A stretch of 64,000 bases of DNA, taken from the human T2T-CHM13v2.0 reference genome, Homo sapiens. The DNA is taken from the NCBI RefSeq assembly GCF_009914755.1, contig NC_060937.1; one strand, given 5' to 3'. A program made the position numbers and the translations under genes. Shown here piece after piece: positions 25,905 to 39,203 of this stretch; within the stretch, counting starts at the first letter, position 1, and each line of letters opens with the position of its first letter. A model generated the notes under the pieces. It was not told the origin of the DNA. It searched no databases and saw only the letters and a list, made by a program, of their open reading frames with translations.

Positions 25905-26695
25905 AATATATAAAGATTTTTTATAAATCAAGAAGGACTGATAAAGTAATTTAAAACTGGATAAGATACTTGAAGAGATACTGAGCCAAACATATGAAAA
26001 AATAGTCAACTACATTAACAGTCATATAAATGCACACTCATAATAAACAAGACTTTGTTACTGACTCAATTGAACTATTATTATTATAAGGAAAAGACTG
26101 GCAATGCTAAGTGTGTGTTTGTGAAGGTCTATAGGTCTTTCATATACTATCGATGGGAGTCAAAATCTACCACTACCTAAAATTCTTAAGAATTTTCTAG
26201 TAATGTAAAACATGAGTAAATAACTCATGGAAATGTGAGTAAATATTCATCAAAAGTTATAATAGTTTTATTCCAACATTATTCATAATTTAAAAAAGCA
26301 AATGTTCATCAACAGTAAAATGGATACATAATGGTATAGAATACTACACATCAAAGAAAACCAACTAACTAGAGATGTAAACAACATAAATTATTTTAGT
26401 CAACATAATGCTTAGCCAATAAAGCCAAATTCAAAAGAATATACATTCTACAATTAATTTATATAAATTTCAAAAGCAGGCAAAATATATATGGAACTAG
26501 AAGTTATCACAAGGTTGTCTTGGAGAATACGTAAGGGTGATCACTGAAAAGTTAAAAGAGAGGCTTCTAAGGTGAAGGTAATATTATAATTCATGACCTG
26601 GATGAAGTTTACATAGGTTCATTTTACATTAATGCATTGAAATGCATGCTTATATTTGCACTTTTGTGTACATAGGTTTTAATATTTTAAAATAT
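25905..26695 (+). mobile_element. L1ME-type 3' region
   Basis: aaatgttcatcaacagtaaaatggata, aagccaaattcaaaagaatatacat, tttcaaaagcaggcaaaa, catgacctggatg. Confidence 0.75.
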
Positions 26696-26922
26696 AACAC
26701 ATGGACACAGGAAGGAGAACATCACACACACCGGGGACTGTTGTGGGGTGGGGGGAGGGGGGAGGGATAGCATTAGGAGATATACCTAATGCTAAATGAC
26801 GAGTTAATGGGTGCAGCACACCAACATGGCACATGTATACATATGTAACAAACCTGCACGTTGTGCACATGTACCCTAAAACTTAAAGTATAATAATAAT
26901 ACAATTAAAAAAAAAGAAGAAG
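26696..26922 (+). mobile_element. Young L1PA (approx. L1PA3-4) 3' UTR with G-rich tract and tail
   Basis: acacatggacacaggaagg...ggggtgggggagggggggagggatagcattaggagatatacctaatgctaaatgacgagttaatggg...cctaaaacttaaagtataataataat. Confidence 0.95.
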
Positions 26923-26939
26923 AAATATGATCAAAGTAG

Positions 26940-27140
26940 GGCCGGGTGCAGTGGTTCACGCCTATAATCCCAGTACTTTGGGAGGCCAAGGTGGGCAGAT
27001 CACGAGGTCAGGAGATTGAGACCAACCTGGCTAACACGGTGAAACCCCGTCTCTACTGGGGACGGAGCCACTGCACTCCAGCCTGGGGCAACAGAGCCAG
27101 ACTCCAACTCAAAAATAAAAGAAAGAAAGAAAGAAAGAAA
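26940..27140 (+). mobile_element. AluY/Sc8-like with large internal deletion and (GAAA)n tail
   Basis: Left arm to gtctctact (27057), short filler, then gccactgcactccagcc; TSD agaaatatg(a/t)tcaaagta at 26921-26938 and 27140-27157. Confidence 0.92.
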
Positions 27141-27559
27141 GAAATATGTTCAAAGTATCCTAATAGAATTCGTAGTTACTTTTTAAATTTTTCTCCTTGA
27201 AAAAAAATACAACCAATTATCCTCAAGAATATAATATGCCATAGATATTGCACATCCTACAAGCAAAGAAAAGGGCATTAGAAATGTCCTTTAAATATCA
27301 TCTAGAATATTCACTGAGATTTACCTGTGAAGTAATAACTAGGCTGTAAGTCAAAACACTAATGCAGCCTTCTGAACTTTATTTTTCTTCTTAGGTTAAC
27401 CAATACATGGCACGAGAAGAGACAAAAATTTAGTAGTTTTTAAATATTAGCTTGACAGGTGTTGGCTATTCCAGTAAAAATTAGTCATTACTATAATTGC
27501 ATTTGTTAGTTTATATTTTGTGAGACTGTGTAACATAATATTTGAAAACATGAGGTTTT

Positions 27560-27770
27560 CAGACTGGGATGGAGACTGTACTTAAGCCTTGGCACTGGCT
27601 CTTAACAGTTATTTGGCTTCACCACCCTGTTCCTCATGTCTTTACTGGCAAATAACTCATTGTCATACTACTAATCTTATATGGTTCTCATGCAACTAAT
27701 ATAATTATGAAAATAAAGCACATCTCATCTCAAGATGCATGGCACATTGAAAATGATCAATAAATATAAT
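27560..27770 (+). mobile_element. MIR-like relic
   Basis: ctgttcctcat...atggcacattgaaaatgatcaataaatat. Confidence 0.45.
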
Positions 27771-29034
27771 TGCATTAATTTAAAAATAATAATGTATCAT
27801 TCATAATAAAATAGGAAATAAAACCACTAAATAGAATTATCAATGGAAATCTACTTACTTCAAAATTGTACCATGCTGTGTACAACTAGTTTCTAATTCT
27901 CTCTGAGTCTCTCAAATAGTTCATAGTTCAGGTCTACTTTTATATTTCATTGTATTAAATTCCCTTTTGCTTAAAGAAACATGAAGTGCAGATGAAACCT
28001 AAGTTATAAAGTAATCAATAACAGACATGATTGCAAATAGCCAACCCTGGAACAATGGGATTTTGAGGTTGGCTATCTAATCTCCTCTGGGTTTTAAAGG
28101 CAAAAGAATGAAGTTTAACATTTCTAACATGAGAGAATGAAAACAAAGTAGTCTAAGGTGCACAGTGGCAAAACTATCACCTGTAGTGACATGGAACAAA
28201 ATGCCTACTGGCAGCATAACTATGGAGGAACAAATATTGACCAACATAGCATTTGTTCTGGGCACACAAAAGATAGAGGTTATAGAGTGAGAGGGATAAA
28301 TGCTTCTCACAATACTGAAAGATTGAAGAAAGAAAACAACAATTTCAGTTCCCTGTTCAAGAAATATCTAAAGAGTCCGTAAGTTTTTATCATCAAAAGC
28401 CATACAAAGACTTTGTTACTGGTGGATATGAATTATGATGTCGATTGAACTAACAGACTTCCAGATTTCTTCTGTCAAAGTTATTCATTAGGAATAATGG
28501 GGCCTGATAGCTGGAATAATGACATTCAGAAGTATTTAGATAATCTTGAGAAGCAAAAGTTCGAAATTCATCGAGCCTTTCTAGTCAGCAGAGGTGGTTA
28601 CTCTTTCACTGTCTGATGAAATCTGACTTGCATTAATTTAAAATCCATTAAGACCTCAATTTAAGTAGCTATCTTTTAAGGGCCTGTCAATTTGCTTCAT
28701 CCTTACCATTCCTGAATGCGTCTTGATCTGTAATCCTGTTAACATCCCAGGCTATCCCAGGGTGCCAGCTAAGAAGCTGAACCTGGGATGTCAAAAGTAT
28801 TGCAAGGTTTTTAAATCTATACCTTCAAAACCATGGGTAATTTGTGAGTTTGCTAAACTAAGAAGACGGGAGGAAAAATGTGCTGAGTTCAAAGTATTTT
28901 ATCTAGCAGCTAGGAATTTTCTCTTTGTCTCTTTCTCACTTTCTCTCTCTGACACATCTCTGAAGCAGACTCAGTAGTTCTATACTCAGCATGTGATTAA
29001 AACACTAGAAATTTCTGGGTGTAGTCAAGAACTG

Positions 29035-29322
29035 TTCTGTTCAGTACAGTATTCATTAGCCAAATGTGACTGCCAAGCAATGGAAATGTGATTAGTCCAA
29101 ATCAAGATGTGTTTTAAGTGTAAAATATACACCATATTTTGAAGCCTTAATACAAAATAAAAGTAAAATATCATTAGTAAATTTTATATTAATTACATGT
29201 TAAAGTGATATTTTAGATATATTAAATAAAATGTATTATTAAAATCTTTTGCATTTTTTTAGTATGACTAAAAAATTTGAAAAACACATATGCATTTAAC
29301 ACTATATTTGTATTCCATACAG
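29035..29322 (+). mobile_element. MER33 (hAT-Charlie MITE)
   Basis: gaaatgtgattagtccaaatcaagatgtgttttaagtgtaaaatatacaccatattttgaag...attacatgttaaagtgata. Confidence 0.85.
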
Positions 29323-29847
29323 TATTTTTAGAAGAAAGGATCTGAAGACTTTAAGGGATCGGGGTATTCAAGTGGACTTATGCATTTTTGGTTTACTCAT
29401 GTATTAACTAAGTCTCCCTACCAGGCCTGGAAGTGACTTCCTTCACCACTACTTGAACAGTTCATTTGTGAAGAAAGAGCTAATATCCTTGGAAAAAGCT
29501 CAAATGATATATTATGGAATCCCTTAGTATAGGTGGGGAGTTGTAGCTATTGAATTTTCAATGGGAATGATAGAATGAACCCAGTTTTACTAATCATTGA
29601 CCAGTTCTCACAGTTATGACTATAGAGGACAGCAAGGCAGAGTGGAGATTACTGTGGCATGAAGCTGTCCGGCTGCCCTTCAGGATGCAGCACTTGTTCT
29701 AAATTAGTCACCAACAAATCATTCTCTTCCTCCCATATCCAAAATGGAGAGGTCAGGTAACCAAAGAGGAGATGTAAGAGAGGCACACAAATTGTGGGTG
29801 TTGTTTATGGGTCTTAGTGTTTAATGCAAAAACGATTTCAGCAGGAG

Positions 29848-30373
29848 TGACCAAGACAGCCTCGACATTTCCTCAATTAGACTAAACTTTAGAAAGTCAT
29901 CTTCCTGACTCCAGGCCCTGAACTCCATTTCCTTAAAGTATTTAGTTTGGAAAATATATAAATTGTAATCTTTTCTCCACAGCTTTGAAATGTAAATCTT
30001 TTTAGGAGCCTTTACTAGTCTTTCTCAAGGACCTAGGAATCATCATTTTGAACTGTAATCATTGAGGAAGACAGGATCTCTATCTTCTGTTTTCTGCGGG
30101 AGCTTAAGAATGGGTTCCTTTGCCTCAAGTTGTGAAACTGCTTCCTGTCATGAAGATACCAGAAAATTCACTTTTCCTTTAAGTCAAGCCAATCAGTAAA
30201 CACAGATGGCCAGTAAGCCACTCACCCCAGCTTTTAAAAATTTTCATCTTTTTTTTTCAGTGATGTAGAGCTCAGACTAAATTCTGGACTCTCTCCCCTA
30301 TTGGAATAGTTTTGTATAATGTCTCTTTTTTTTTGCCTATTTAACATAGTCCTCTATGATTTTTGCTTTGACA
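29848..30373 (+). mobile_element. ERV1 solo LTR (MER67-like)
   Basis: TG...CA ends; gactaaactttaga, ctttgaaatgtaaatctt, tctcaaggacctaggaatcat, ctctctcccctattg. Confidence 0.75.
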
Positions 30374-31401
30374 AAAAATTTTACAATGCTTCCACTGTTC
30401 CAGAAGCCTACATTGACTTTCAGCCATTATATATTCATCATATTATGGGACCAGTAGGGAAAAACAGAGAAATGCAATGGAGACTGTGATGTCATTTTTC
30501 TTACTCAAATTTGTTACCTTGTGAATGTAAGCACAATTATGCCAGGAACTTGTGAAGTATTCCATTGTACCTCATAGTGCTGCTACTCTAGCCATAAAGT
30601 TAATGCAAGACTATAGCAACCATATGTAAGCAGGATAACTGAAGACCGATTATCCCTAAATAAGTATTTGAGTCATGCTACAACATATCAAACACTGACT
30701 ACCTAAGATGCATTTTGGTATTTAACTCAGAACATCTGAGGACAAAGGAACATGCAAATAAGAAAAAGGAATATGGAAAAAAGTAATGAAAGAAAGTTGT
30801 TGATAATTTTATGTACAGTCCAGTGACAAGATATGGAAAGAAGAGCAATATTACCTACCCATATTTTCTCCTTTGCTTTGTGGGTATTAGGTGCACATTC
30901 ATCTTTCTTTTTTCTACAGTTAGTTTTTAGTTAAGTGCTGCCTATGAGAGGCATTCAAAGGAGAAAGAAAAAGAAAAATTACATGTTTTCTTTCCTGTTT
31001 CTTGCCCTGGCAGGAGCTGTGGCGGGTATTTGTAGTTGACAGCAATCTCCAGGTGCCTTGGTGTTGAGTTCAATAGCTGCAGTGGGGTTACACACTTGAG
31101 TATATTATGGGCTACAGCAGCATCAGCAAATATTTGAACCCCTCACTCAGCATAGCAGAGTGAGATTGTAGATGCTTGTTAACACAATTTTCATTTGGCT
31201 TGATGAGTCCTGCTGTGATATGTTCCTATAGCCAACATGTCTGCTATAGAACTATTATATATTCTATATATCTAGAATGAATATAATGCAATGTGTGCTA
31301 ACGTATTTGGAAGTGAGAATAATTCCTATAATATTCAAATTGAATGGACATATAAAGCTGAGAAAAGCTCCATATTTTATTATTTAAGTCTATCATATGT
31401 A

Positions 31402-31563
31402 TTTTTGTTTCTTTTTGAGACTGGGTCTTGCTCGGTCACTCAGGCTAAAGTGTAGTGTCACCATCATGGGTCACTGCAGCCTCAACCTCCTGGGCTCAAG
31501 TAATCCTTCTTCTTCAGCCTCCCAAATTGCTGGGATTACAGACGTGAGCTTCCAAGTGCAGCC
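31402..31563 (-). mobile_element. Monomeric old Alu (left-arm 5' end joined to J-type right-arm 3' end)
   Basis: gagactgggtcttgctc...ggtcactgcagcctcaacctcctgggctcaag...cctcccaaattgctgggattacagacgtgagc. Confidence 0.85.
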
Positions 31564-33209
31564 TGTGATATTTATTTATAAAAAGAAGAAATGGAAAACA
31601 CATATAAACAATCTCACAGAGAATTATAAGCCTATTTCATAAATAAAATACTGTTAAACACAGAAACAGATCAGTAATAAAATCTGATAATATAATTTAT
31701 GGCAAAAATCTAGTCATGCCACAATAATTGAAAAGTCAACAACATTTAATATAACTAATTATATTACATAACTTGAGACATCTTATTAGACTAAGAGGAT
31801 TGCTAAATTGCCCTTTTAGGAGGAAAATAATATTATTTGGGAAAAATGATTATTTAATCACTTGGGAGAAAAGACGATACCTCAAAAGATTTGGTGTGTA
31901 TAGAACTAAAAGAAAATATGAGAAAGTATAAGAAAAATGTAAGTATAAAAAAGAGACACAGTTTACAATGCTCTGAAGGAAGTGTGTGTGGGAATTCAAT
32001 TCACACAGCACAATGGAAAGATTACTTAAGAGTCAAAGAAAATCATTACACAGATCCTCCTCAGGAATTCTCCAAATCTCTTGACTCTGAAACACTGTGG
32101 AATAACATGAGGTTTAAGTAAATTCTATCTTGTATTTCTGGATCAAATTTATATGTAGGCTACATATTTCTGAGGCTCATGATATGTCAGTTGAATTATC
32201 ATTAGGTACATTTACCAGCTGCATATAAAATTCAATCAAAACCCTTGAACTCTGTGGGAGTAGAAGAGTTCTGATGCTAAACTGATTCGGGCCATCCTTT
32301 AAACACACTGAGTCTGAGGAAGCTTTTAGATTATTCTTTTAGATCAGTATAATTGCCCTGGGGTAGATGTTCTTGTGTGCATGCATGTTATGTATATCAT
32401 ATGGGTGTCAGTGTGTATGGACCATGCATTGTTACACAGTATTTGGTTTAAACAAAAACCAAGAATGGTAAATATAGGAGGAATTGCAAAAAAATGGGAT
32501 TCGAATATGTGTCTAAATATATATTTTCAATAATTTACTGGAAATAAAGATGAAATTCAAATAAGATATGCTTAGACTGATCTAGGTACCCCACCTGCTT
32601 CAGGTGCCAAGACAAAATCCACTGAAGACCAGCCTCCCACGGTGTGAATGGTGTACATACAAACACTGCTTCTTCTTTAGAGGCTGTAATATATCAGAAA
32701 CAAGCAATATTCTTGGAAAGTGCAGTGACAAGGAATGGGGAAAAGAGTTTTAAATTGTGGTTCAACATGCAATGGTAGAGGAGTTTCACACCTGGAGGCA
32801 AAACAGAAGAAAGAGATTGATAAAGAGTTTCTGAGACTGCCATTAGTAGTTAAATGTTGTCTCAGGTTTGCCAGTGCCTCGCAGTCATGGAAGTTTGCTG
32901 ATAAAAATCAAATGAATGTTCTCTACTATGAAAAGACATAAGCCAATTTTTTGACCATGAACAAACACTTAGGAGAAAAGGCACCTGGATGTATGTTAGG
33001 TTAGACATATTTTTTGACAACACATTTTTTAAAGCACAGTGTTAAAGCATAATCACCATGAATAATTGAATACTGGAACAATTTGTATCAAACTTTACAA
33101 CAGAAGCTCAGCTTTTCTGAGAGGCTCCTAACTTCTAGTATTAATGAAATTACTTTAGTATTATGGAAAGTCCTATTGTAGTGAACAAATGGACTCCCTA
33201 ACACCTCAA

Positions 33210-33500
33210 GCATGAAAGAAGGATATTTTATTAGGGAGCTTAAAAAAAGAGAGAAGTAGCTGACTTGTGAAGAGAAAAAAAGTAAGCATTAAGACTCAGA
33301 AATGAGATAAAATGGACATATTTCAGATTCTAAAAGACAACTAGTATGTCTAAAGCTCACTGAGCAAGAGGAAGCATAGCAGGAAAGGGTTGCAAAGATA
33401 GAGGCCTGTATACCACCAGCTTTAGGGTTTAGACGTCGTTTGGAAATGACAGGAAGCAACTGAAGGATTTAAGAAACGTAGCTGAAATCTTTTCAGTCCA
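33210..33500 (-). mobile_element. L2 relic
   Basis: ggaaatgacaggaagcaactgaaggatttaag and flanking purine-rich L2 antisense motifs. Confidence 0.5.
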
Positions 33501-34026
33501 TGAAGGTGGGTGTGAGGAATCAGGAGCTCAACAGGTGAACGTAGTGACAATGAGAAAACTGCAAAGCAGTATCAGTCTCCAAGAAGCTGATACATTTGGC
33601 AAGAGAGGAGACTGGAACTCAAAAAGTCCACACATTCAGTTGGTTTAAGGGTACGATTTATTTTTGAATAGACTACAGGAAAACAAAAAACAAAAAACAA
33701 AAAACTATGCCTTCCAGGGACAACTAGTTTTAAATTAAGATAAAGATGTAAAGTCATCAGGAAGTAGAAGAGAACAAAGTAGAGGGAGGAATAGAGCATT
33801 ACACCAAATCATAGGACATGCAGAAAACAGAGAGATGAGATTTGGATGAAGTCGCTGTGACACAGACTAGTGTGAGACATAACGGGGATGTTGATCAACC
33901 GGGATGGAAACAGATCGATTTCTGTAGACCTACCATTATAGTTCCCCCTGAGGAGAAAGATGCCTAATTCCTGTAGTTACTACCACATATGGGTTGGAGC
34001 AGCAGTGCAGATGAAAGGTAATATTT

Positions 34027-35185
34027 TGTTAACTTAAAAAAATGTGATTTATTTCGAGGCCAGCCTGACCAACATGAAGAAACCCCGTCTCTACTAAAAA
34101 ATATAAAATTAGCCGGGGGTGGTGGCGCATGCCTGTCATCCCAGCTACTCAAGTGGCTGAGGCAGGAGAATCGCTTGAACCCCAGAGGCGGGAGGTTGCG
34201 GTGAGCCGAGATCGCGCCATTGCACTTCAGCCTGGGCAACAGGAGGGAAACTCCGTCTCAAAAAAAAAAAAAAAAGTTATTAATTAATTTAGAAAATGAA
34301 ACTTTTTTTTTTAAATAAAGTATTATAGACTGCAACATGGCCATTCCATAAACTGAGAAGCACAACCTTCTGCTAAGACAAAGACAGGCACTTTGATGGA
34401 GGAGTGTTTGAGGCAGGAGTTTATGCTGAATTAGTTGGCTAAACATACATATTTAATAGATGGTAGGAGGAGCTATGAATATACATGAAGGTGGTCCTGA
34501 CACATGTGTATTGAACAAACGCACATGTAACATATACCCCATGTTCATTTTGGGGTAGAGACCTAATATTTAAATATATTACAATTAGGCCCTATATCTC
34601 CAAAGACCTTTTCAGGACAAGAAGACGTGCAAGTTTGCAGCCTCTGTAAACCAGCCAAAGCCAGTCCTTGGTTAGTGATTTTCTTATAAGAAGAAATTTA
34701 CTGAAATCAGTCTGTTGTCCAATCAAACCTGTAGTTCCGGCTGGTGGAACAGGATGTCAGTTAGTCAGTGTCTATGAGCTGGAGGAGTCGTAATTGTTTT
34801 AATATTGCTTATCTTGTGGCCAGTGCTTGTTTAACTGCTAGAAAAAAAGAAAACTTCCTGTGACTATTAGAATATACTTTGTTCGTTAAGTGTAGGGGTA
34901 CGTGACTTAATCCTTGCTTGGCATAGGCTTAGGTCCTGTTTATTATTTGGTATCTTATTGACACAGAGTCTGTTCTGTCAGTCTTAGGATCTCTATTTTA
35001 ACATCAATGCTGGTCAGTTGTGCCTAAACTATAAAAGGCAGGGGGTATGAGTAGGCGGATCTGACCTCTCATCTCATCATAGCTGGAACTCAGGTTTAAG
35101 GATTTGTCTGGTGTCCCCTTGGCCAAGAGCGTGTCCGTTCAGTTGACGGGGCTGAGGCTTAGGATTTTCTTTTTAGTTTTATACA
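34027..35185 (-). mobile_element. MER4-family (MER4D/E-like) ERV1 solo LTR with nested AluSp
   Basis: Reverse complement starts tgtataaaactaaaaagaaaatcctaagcc...caactgaacggac...ttggccaagggg; other end begins tgttaact at 34027. Confidence 0.85.
34053..34275 (+). mobile_element. AluSp, 5'-truncated
   Basis: Sp-type features: cctgaccaacat, ggcgcatgcc, gttgcggtgag, gccattgcac, gaaactccgtctc. Confidence 0.92.
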
Positions 35186-35236
35186 TATGTGTATACACAC
35201 ACACACATACACATATATATATACATATATATATAT
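35186..35236. repeat. (CA)n/(TA)n microsatellite
   Basis: tatacacacacacacatacacacatatatatatacatatatatat. Confidence 0.85.
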
Positions 35237-37888
35237 GCATGCTTCTAGCCTATTACACTATCTAAAAATTACATTCTGTCAGTCAAAAAGTAAAAAAATA
35301 TATATATAAACTTATAACTCAAGTAAAACAGCAATTAATAGAATCTTTTCCCCAAAAGGCCATAAAGATGTCATGCAATAACTCCATCTTTTCCTCTCAT
35401 TCCACTGGTTTCCAGGACATGCCATCATCACTTTGGCCTTATGAAGCAGCCAAGGTAAAAATGAAAAACACTCATTCTTCTGTAACAAAAATGCTCAGTA
35501 TATTTGTGTAATATAGGTTACCCAAACTAAAATAAAATGTCTTTAATATCAATACCTAAACTAAGATAAAACTTTTTTTAATTCTGTAATTTTGTACCTA
35601 AATTTCAGAGAGGTAGGGTGATGAGTCAGCCATGACCATGACCTCCTCATTACTCCTTTTTGTATCCTTTACACAGATATGAAATAAATTCTTATGTAAA
35701 GAGATGTTGAAATGCTCCAGGGAAACTGGTGCAAGATCGTTATGTTCAGGGAAGTGAACAAAATGTGGATCCACTTGAACCTTGCTGCCATTTTGTGCCC
35801 TTCAAATAATTTTAAAAATCTATTTTCTGATCTATTTTGCTTTTATTTTAATTATCAAATTTACTTAGAATTTTATGAATAATGCCTTTATTTAACCAAA
35901 GAAACTCCAAATAAAGGCAGTGTATCACTGCTAAATAAGACTCCCAAAGTATATTGTCCTTGAGCCATTTTTTCCTAAAAGCACTGAATAAAATTTTAAC
36001 CAAATTAACAAATGCCTCTGAAATTGAAATAAATTACTTCTGATATGGAATTCTAAAAATAGCTTTGTAATTGTCTTTCTTGACATGGCATCAAAGAAAT
36101 CCACACGTTTCCTCACAAATAAATGTGCAATTTAAACAGAATGATTATAGCAAAACAAATTTCCATTGGGAACCACAGCAACAGCAGAGTAGGAAAACAA
36201 ATGCTTAGTTATATCAATCATAAAGCAATGCCCACAGACACAATTACACTCACAACTGTCGCATCATATTTAAAGTAGCTTCATTTTAGTTGTGAGCAAA
36301 ATAGAAGCTAAGGCTAAAATTTGTCTCAATTCATACTATAAACTTAATCTGCTGTCCTCTTATTTTAAACAATCTGAATTTAGAAGTGAGATTTGATTTA
36401 TGTTCAATCAAGGATTAATTATCACTTTCATTAAAGTGCCTTAATTAATGGAATTAATTGGAAATTTTATGGTCTACTAGAAATCCCCAATGTTTCAAAT
36501 CATAAGCTGCCAAAATTTAATAGAAATAAATTTTTTGCTGGAGGCCCTGCCACCTGAGGATTCCTTTAGTACTTTAGGATGCATGTCTGTCCAAAGCTAG
36601 TCTACCAAATATGTAAGAAAAGACTCCACTGGGGGCTTAGTTTCTTTCCTCAGAGCGTTTTCTTTTTTATTCTATCATCAATTTCTGTATTGAAACTAGA
36701 AGTATTCAGAGGTCCCTTATGTGTTAGTATGTAAGTAAAAATAAATGATCAACCACATTATGACATCTATTTGTAATAACAGCTTTAGGAAATTGTATGT
36801 ATTTAACAGGTTAAATCAGATCTTTGTCAGATTTTAAAGAATAATTTCTTCATTATATCTCTTTTCATAAATTTCTAAAATAAATGACTGGTACATAAGG
36901 AAATCTGAGTAATGTTATATCACCATTGCTCTATTGCTAAGGTATGTCCTGTTTATGAAGAAGTTTTTAAATCATTTCTTATCTCACTAATGATTACTTA
37001 TAACAATGGGTTTTGTACATATCTTTTAAACCTATGTATATATTCTCATGCACATAGGTAGCAATAGTATCATCCTTGCTTTCCATTATGACTTTCAAGT
37101 CATTGACTCTTTCTGAAAAATCTGCTCTATTTGAAAACTGTTAGCTCCATTTGAAAAAGACCCTTTACACTATGTTGTCCACATATTTCTGACATGTGTC
37201 TACTTCTTTGTGACTTACTCTTCTTAAACGAAGACTTTTATTCCTGAGTCAAATGCTATCTTTTCCAATTCTGTACCACTTCTAGTGATTTTACACTGTT
37301 AAACAGACATGATAAATCATCCAATATCCTAGACTCTGCTTTTTGAGCTCACCATTATGATTACTCACTGATTATTATATTCTATAATTATGTCATTCAG
37401 TTTTTCCTTCTTCTACAAACCACTAAACTCATTTCTTCTGAACTATTTGACTTCACTTTTTTTGATCACTCTTCATCAGCCTTCCTGTGTTCAGCACTCT
37501 CCTTGTCCAGACTTGATTCATTGCTTATCACACGACTCATTCATCAGCCAGTGCCCTCAAATCACCCGTGCATCTTTCATTCCCTTTCCCCACATTGAAA
37601 AATAAAATAAAAGAGTCACAACAAATGCCTCTCTATTCTGTATTTGAATTTATATTGGTTAGGAAAGCTAACACAAGTGATGAGACTGTTTCCTTTTTTA
37701 TTTCAGGATAAATTCTATTATTTCGTTGGCCATTTTCCAATTCATGATATGAAATTATTATACAAGCTTTTCTATCCCCTTACTTACCATTCTCTATCCT
37801 CTGCATGCATCTCAGGAAATATCATCTTCTCTAAGAAAAAACATGAGCCTAGTTGTGCCCTCATTTGTCTTCCCATGCTCTAGCTTAC

Positions 37889-38382
37889 TGGATTAGTTTC
37901 CTCTTCCTGCTGCCACAAATTACCAAATATATAATGGCTTAAAAAATCATGAGATTATTGTTTTACAGTTTTGGACATCAGAATTTCAACAGCGGGTCTA
38001 AATGGAATAAAATTAAAATGTCAGCAGGACTTTGTTCTTTCTGAGACTCTAGAAAAGAATCTTTTTTCTTGTATTTTTCAGTTTCTAGAGGCTACTGCAT
38101 CTCTTGGTTTAAGGGCCCCTTTTAGCAAGGGGACCACTCTTACCTCTGCTTCCATCTTCATGTGTTCTTCTCTTATTCAGATTCTCCTGGCTCCCTCCAA
38201 GGACCACTGTGATCACATCTGTGCCTACCTAAATAATGAAGAGTAATTTCCCATCTCAGAATCCTTAACTTGCTCACATCTACAAAGTTCCTTTTGCCAT
38301 ACAAGGTAATGCATTCACAGGTTTGAGGAATTAGAACATGAGCACCACTGAGGGGTGGGAAGGCATTATTCAGTCTACCATA
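37889..38382 (-). mobile_element. MLT1D-like MaLR solo LTR
   Basis: tggattagtttcct...caaattacca...cagtttctagaggctactgcat...atctacaaagttccttttgccatacaaggtaa...gcattattcagtctaccata. Confidence 0.88.
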
Positions 38383-38846
38383 TCTGCAAGACAACCTACA
38401 TGTTTACCAACTCTCTTTCTTCCCTTCTATTATAATAGGGGAAAAAACGTCCCTTTACCTATCAGAAAAGTCACCCCACTTCCACTCTCTACTTTGGATC
38501 TCATTTCCTCCAGATTCCAGAGAAACATTGCTCCTTAATTTACTCTTATTTTCCTTGCAACAGCCATCACTATTTAACACAGAATTAGCTCATCAGTTAC
38601 CAAATTTAATATAAAAATAATCCTTCTTGACAAAAAACAAAACTCTCTTGACAACACATCCCACAAGAGATACTGCCCCTATCATCTACTCTCTTTTCGA
38701 GCATTGTGTGTTCATGCTATTGTGCTTCCTTACTTCCCATTCATTCAACTTTCCTCAAATTGAAATATGTGCCCAACTTTTCTACTGATATTATTCATGT
38801 TACAATCAAGAAAACCCACCATTTGTTTAATGATAGTAAATGGAGC

Positions 38847-39203
<357 letters not shown>

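Larger units (their letters stand above)
28100..30900 (+). mobile_element. Very degenerate ERVL internal (gag / pol 3') fragments, interrupted by MER33 and MER67
   Basis: Colinear ERVL-like motifs: ttgaagaaagaaaacaac, ggatctgaagactttaagggatcggggtattcaagtggac, tttcaatgggaatgatag, taaagttaatgcaagactatagcaacc, tgaggacaaaggaacatg. Confidence 0.55.

Noticed and set aside
26745-26767. G-quadruplex-forming G-tract
   Set aside because: Standard L1PA 3' UTR feature
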